Shown here: piece after piece, positions 30,548-31,427 of the stretch
Numbering within the stretch: position 1 is the stretch's first letter
Layout of the letters: every line of letters begins with the position of its first letter
NCBI GenBank assembly: GCA_016196885.1
Contig: JACPWU010000007.1
Coordinates: 1-31,427 of the forward strand
Reading direction: 5' to 3'
DNA: 31,427 bases
Origin: Chlamydiota bacterium
GTDB taxonomy: Bacteria; Auribacterota; JACPWU01
Notes under the pieces: generated by a model
Told to the model about the DNA's origin: nothing
Databases searched by the model: none
The model's input: the letters and a program-made list of their open reading frames with translations, nothing else
Made by a program: the position numbers and the translations under genes

Positions 30548-30632
30548 TTGTAGTCGCCCCATTCATGGGGCTGTGTCCCTTGCATGGGTTTGCCCGATGA
30601 ATCGGGCAGCCCCATAAATGGGGCGACTACAA
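30548..30632. repeat. Palindromic repeat-family copy (most complete)
   Basis: TTGTAGTCGCCCCAT...ATGGGGCGACTACAA outer arms. Inner hairpins GCCCCATTCATGGGGC, GCCCGATGAATCGGGC and GCCCCATAAATGGGGC. Confidence 0.8.
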
Positions 30633-30897
30633 AATAAGGGAGGCGAGGTGAGGTAGAGGCGGGCGGGGCTTTCATTGCATACGATGACCCCCAAAAGGGT
30701 CATTGAAATTAAAATAAGAGGGGAGTTCTCCCTTTATACAGTAGGAAAGTTTTTAGCTCTTCCCTTATTTCAAGCTCTTACAAGATTTTATAGTCCCCGC
30801 GGGATAGTCCCTGTAGGAAAGGGGAGTTGGAGGGGTTAAATGAGACTTCAAAACACAGCTACTTTTTATTCATCATGATGAGAATATACCCTTCAAG

Positions 30898-30970
30898 ATA
30901 GCGTTCAGCGTTTAGCGGACAGTGTACAGTTTGTAAGGAGTTCATTGTTTTTCTGTCCGCTGAACGCTAT
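30898..30970. repeat. Long imperfect hairpin
   Basis: ATAGCGTTCAGCG(TTTAG)CGGACAG at 30898-30922 pairs with CTGTCCGCTGAACGCTAT at 30953-30970. Confidence 0.6.
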
Positions 30971-31130
30971 GCGCTGTACGCTATATTTTTGGAACGATTC
31001 TTGCTGTATAACCTTCCACGTCTTCGTGTACCTATGGGTTTGCAAATCTCTCGGATTGACAGAATTTGAAACTCATGGTGAGATAGTAAGAATTTTTTAA
31101 AAACAGTGGCTTAAGCACTTAAATATAACT

Positions 31131-31427
31131 ATGAACGGGTTACCACAAAAACAAGGGCTTTATGATCCGCGCTACGAGCACGATGCTTGTGGGGTGGGCT
31201 TTGTCGTGAACATCAAGGGGCGAAAGTCCCACGATATTGTTCGCGAGGCCCTGACCGTGCTTTTGAATTTACGCCATCGAGGGGCCTGTGGTTGTGAAGC
31301 CAATACCGGGGATGGGGCAGGCATTCTATTTCAAATTCCGCATACCTTTTTAAAACAATCTGCTCGAAAAGAAAAAATTGATTTGCCGGGTCCCTCTGAA
31401 TATGGCGTCGGAATGGTTTATTTGCCC
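31131..31427 (+). CDS. gltB: Glutamate synthase large subunit, N-terminal amidotransferase part (runs off the window)
   Basis: [68 protein letters not shown]. The GltB N-terminus is highly conserved, including the catalytic Cys in DACGVGF. Confidence 0.9.
   Translation, partial: MNGLPQKQGLYDPRYEHDACGVGFVVNIKGRKSHDIVREALTVLLNLRHRGACGCEANTGDGAGILFQIPHTFLKQSARKEKIDLPGPSEYGVGMVYLP

Noticed and set aside
31056-31084. TTGACA-17 nt-TGAGAT as the gltB promoter.
   Set aside because: The -10 element is poor, and I have no second line of evidence. It is therefore not listed as a feature.

Overview
This is an accessory-rich 31.4-kb segment, probably from an uncultivated diderm bacterium: it has beta-barrel OMPs ending in F and lipobox lipoproteins. 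I saw no rRNA, tRNA or CRISPR array.

Layout:
1. nt 1-550: the 3' end of a group II intron (domains V/VI) abuts the C-terminal catalytic part of a histidine kinase.
2. nt 856-2311: a receiver-histidine kinase hybrid and a convergent small ORF.
3. nt 2300-8150: a dense toxin-antitoxin/defence-type island. It holds RelE/Phd, DUF3841, a HicB-like remnant, a stand-alone GHKL ATPase, a Fic/HTH 'mobile mystery protein' A/B pair and BrnT/BrnA.
4. nt 8266-11336: a sigma70-type promoter and a ~700-nt untranslated leader, then a small OMP, a DUF4410-like lipoprotein and a secreted alpha/beta hydrolase.
5. nt 11400-13900: a second TA patch, partly decayed. It holds BrnA with a truncated BrnT, a structured inverted-repeat element, MazEF and decayed NTase/HEPN genes. 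It also carries a ~98-bp duplication and a perfect 42-bp palindrome.
6. nt 13984-24706: two back-to-back giant secreted multidomain proteins of about 1.6 kaa each.
7. nt 24890-26285: a paralogous OMP and an unrelated lipoprotein.
8. nt 26834-31427: a membrane histidine kinase, a ParB/Srx-like protein, a metallophosphoesterase and the start of gltB.

The most interesting signal is non-coding. A promoter-plus-leader sequence is present in two copies, in front of OMP1 and in front of giant gene 2. A second leader module is shared between the OMP1 leader and the spacer upstream of the kinase at 26834. A 16-nt motif, GCCGGGAATGAAAGGG, recurs four times in front of the OMP, lipoprotein and giant genes. 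Together with the duplicated OMP-terminator units, this looks like a duplicated, co-regulated surface-protein module with an undescribed cis-regulatory RNA. Several MITE/REP-like palindromic families are also scattered through the window.

All homology calls come from reading the translations and from recall of family signatures. None was verified by a search.
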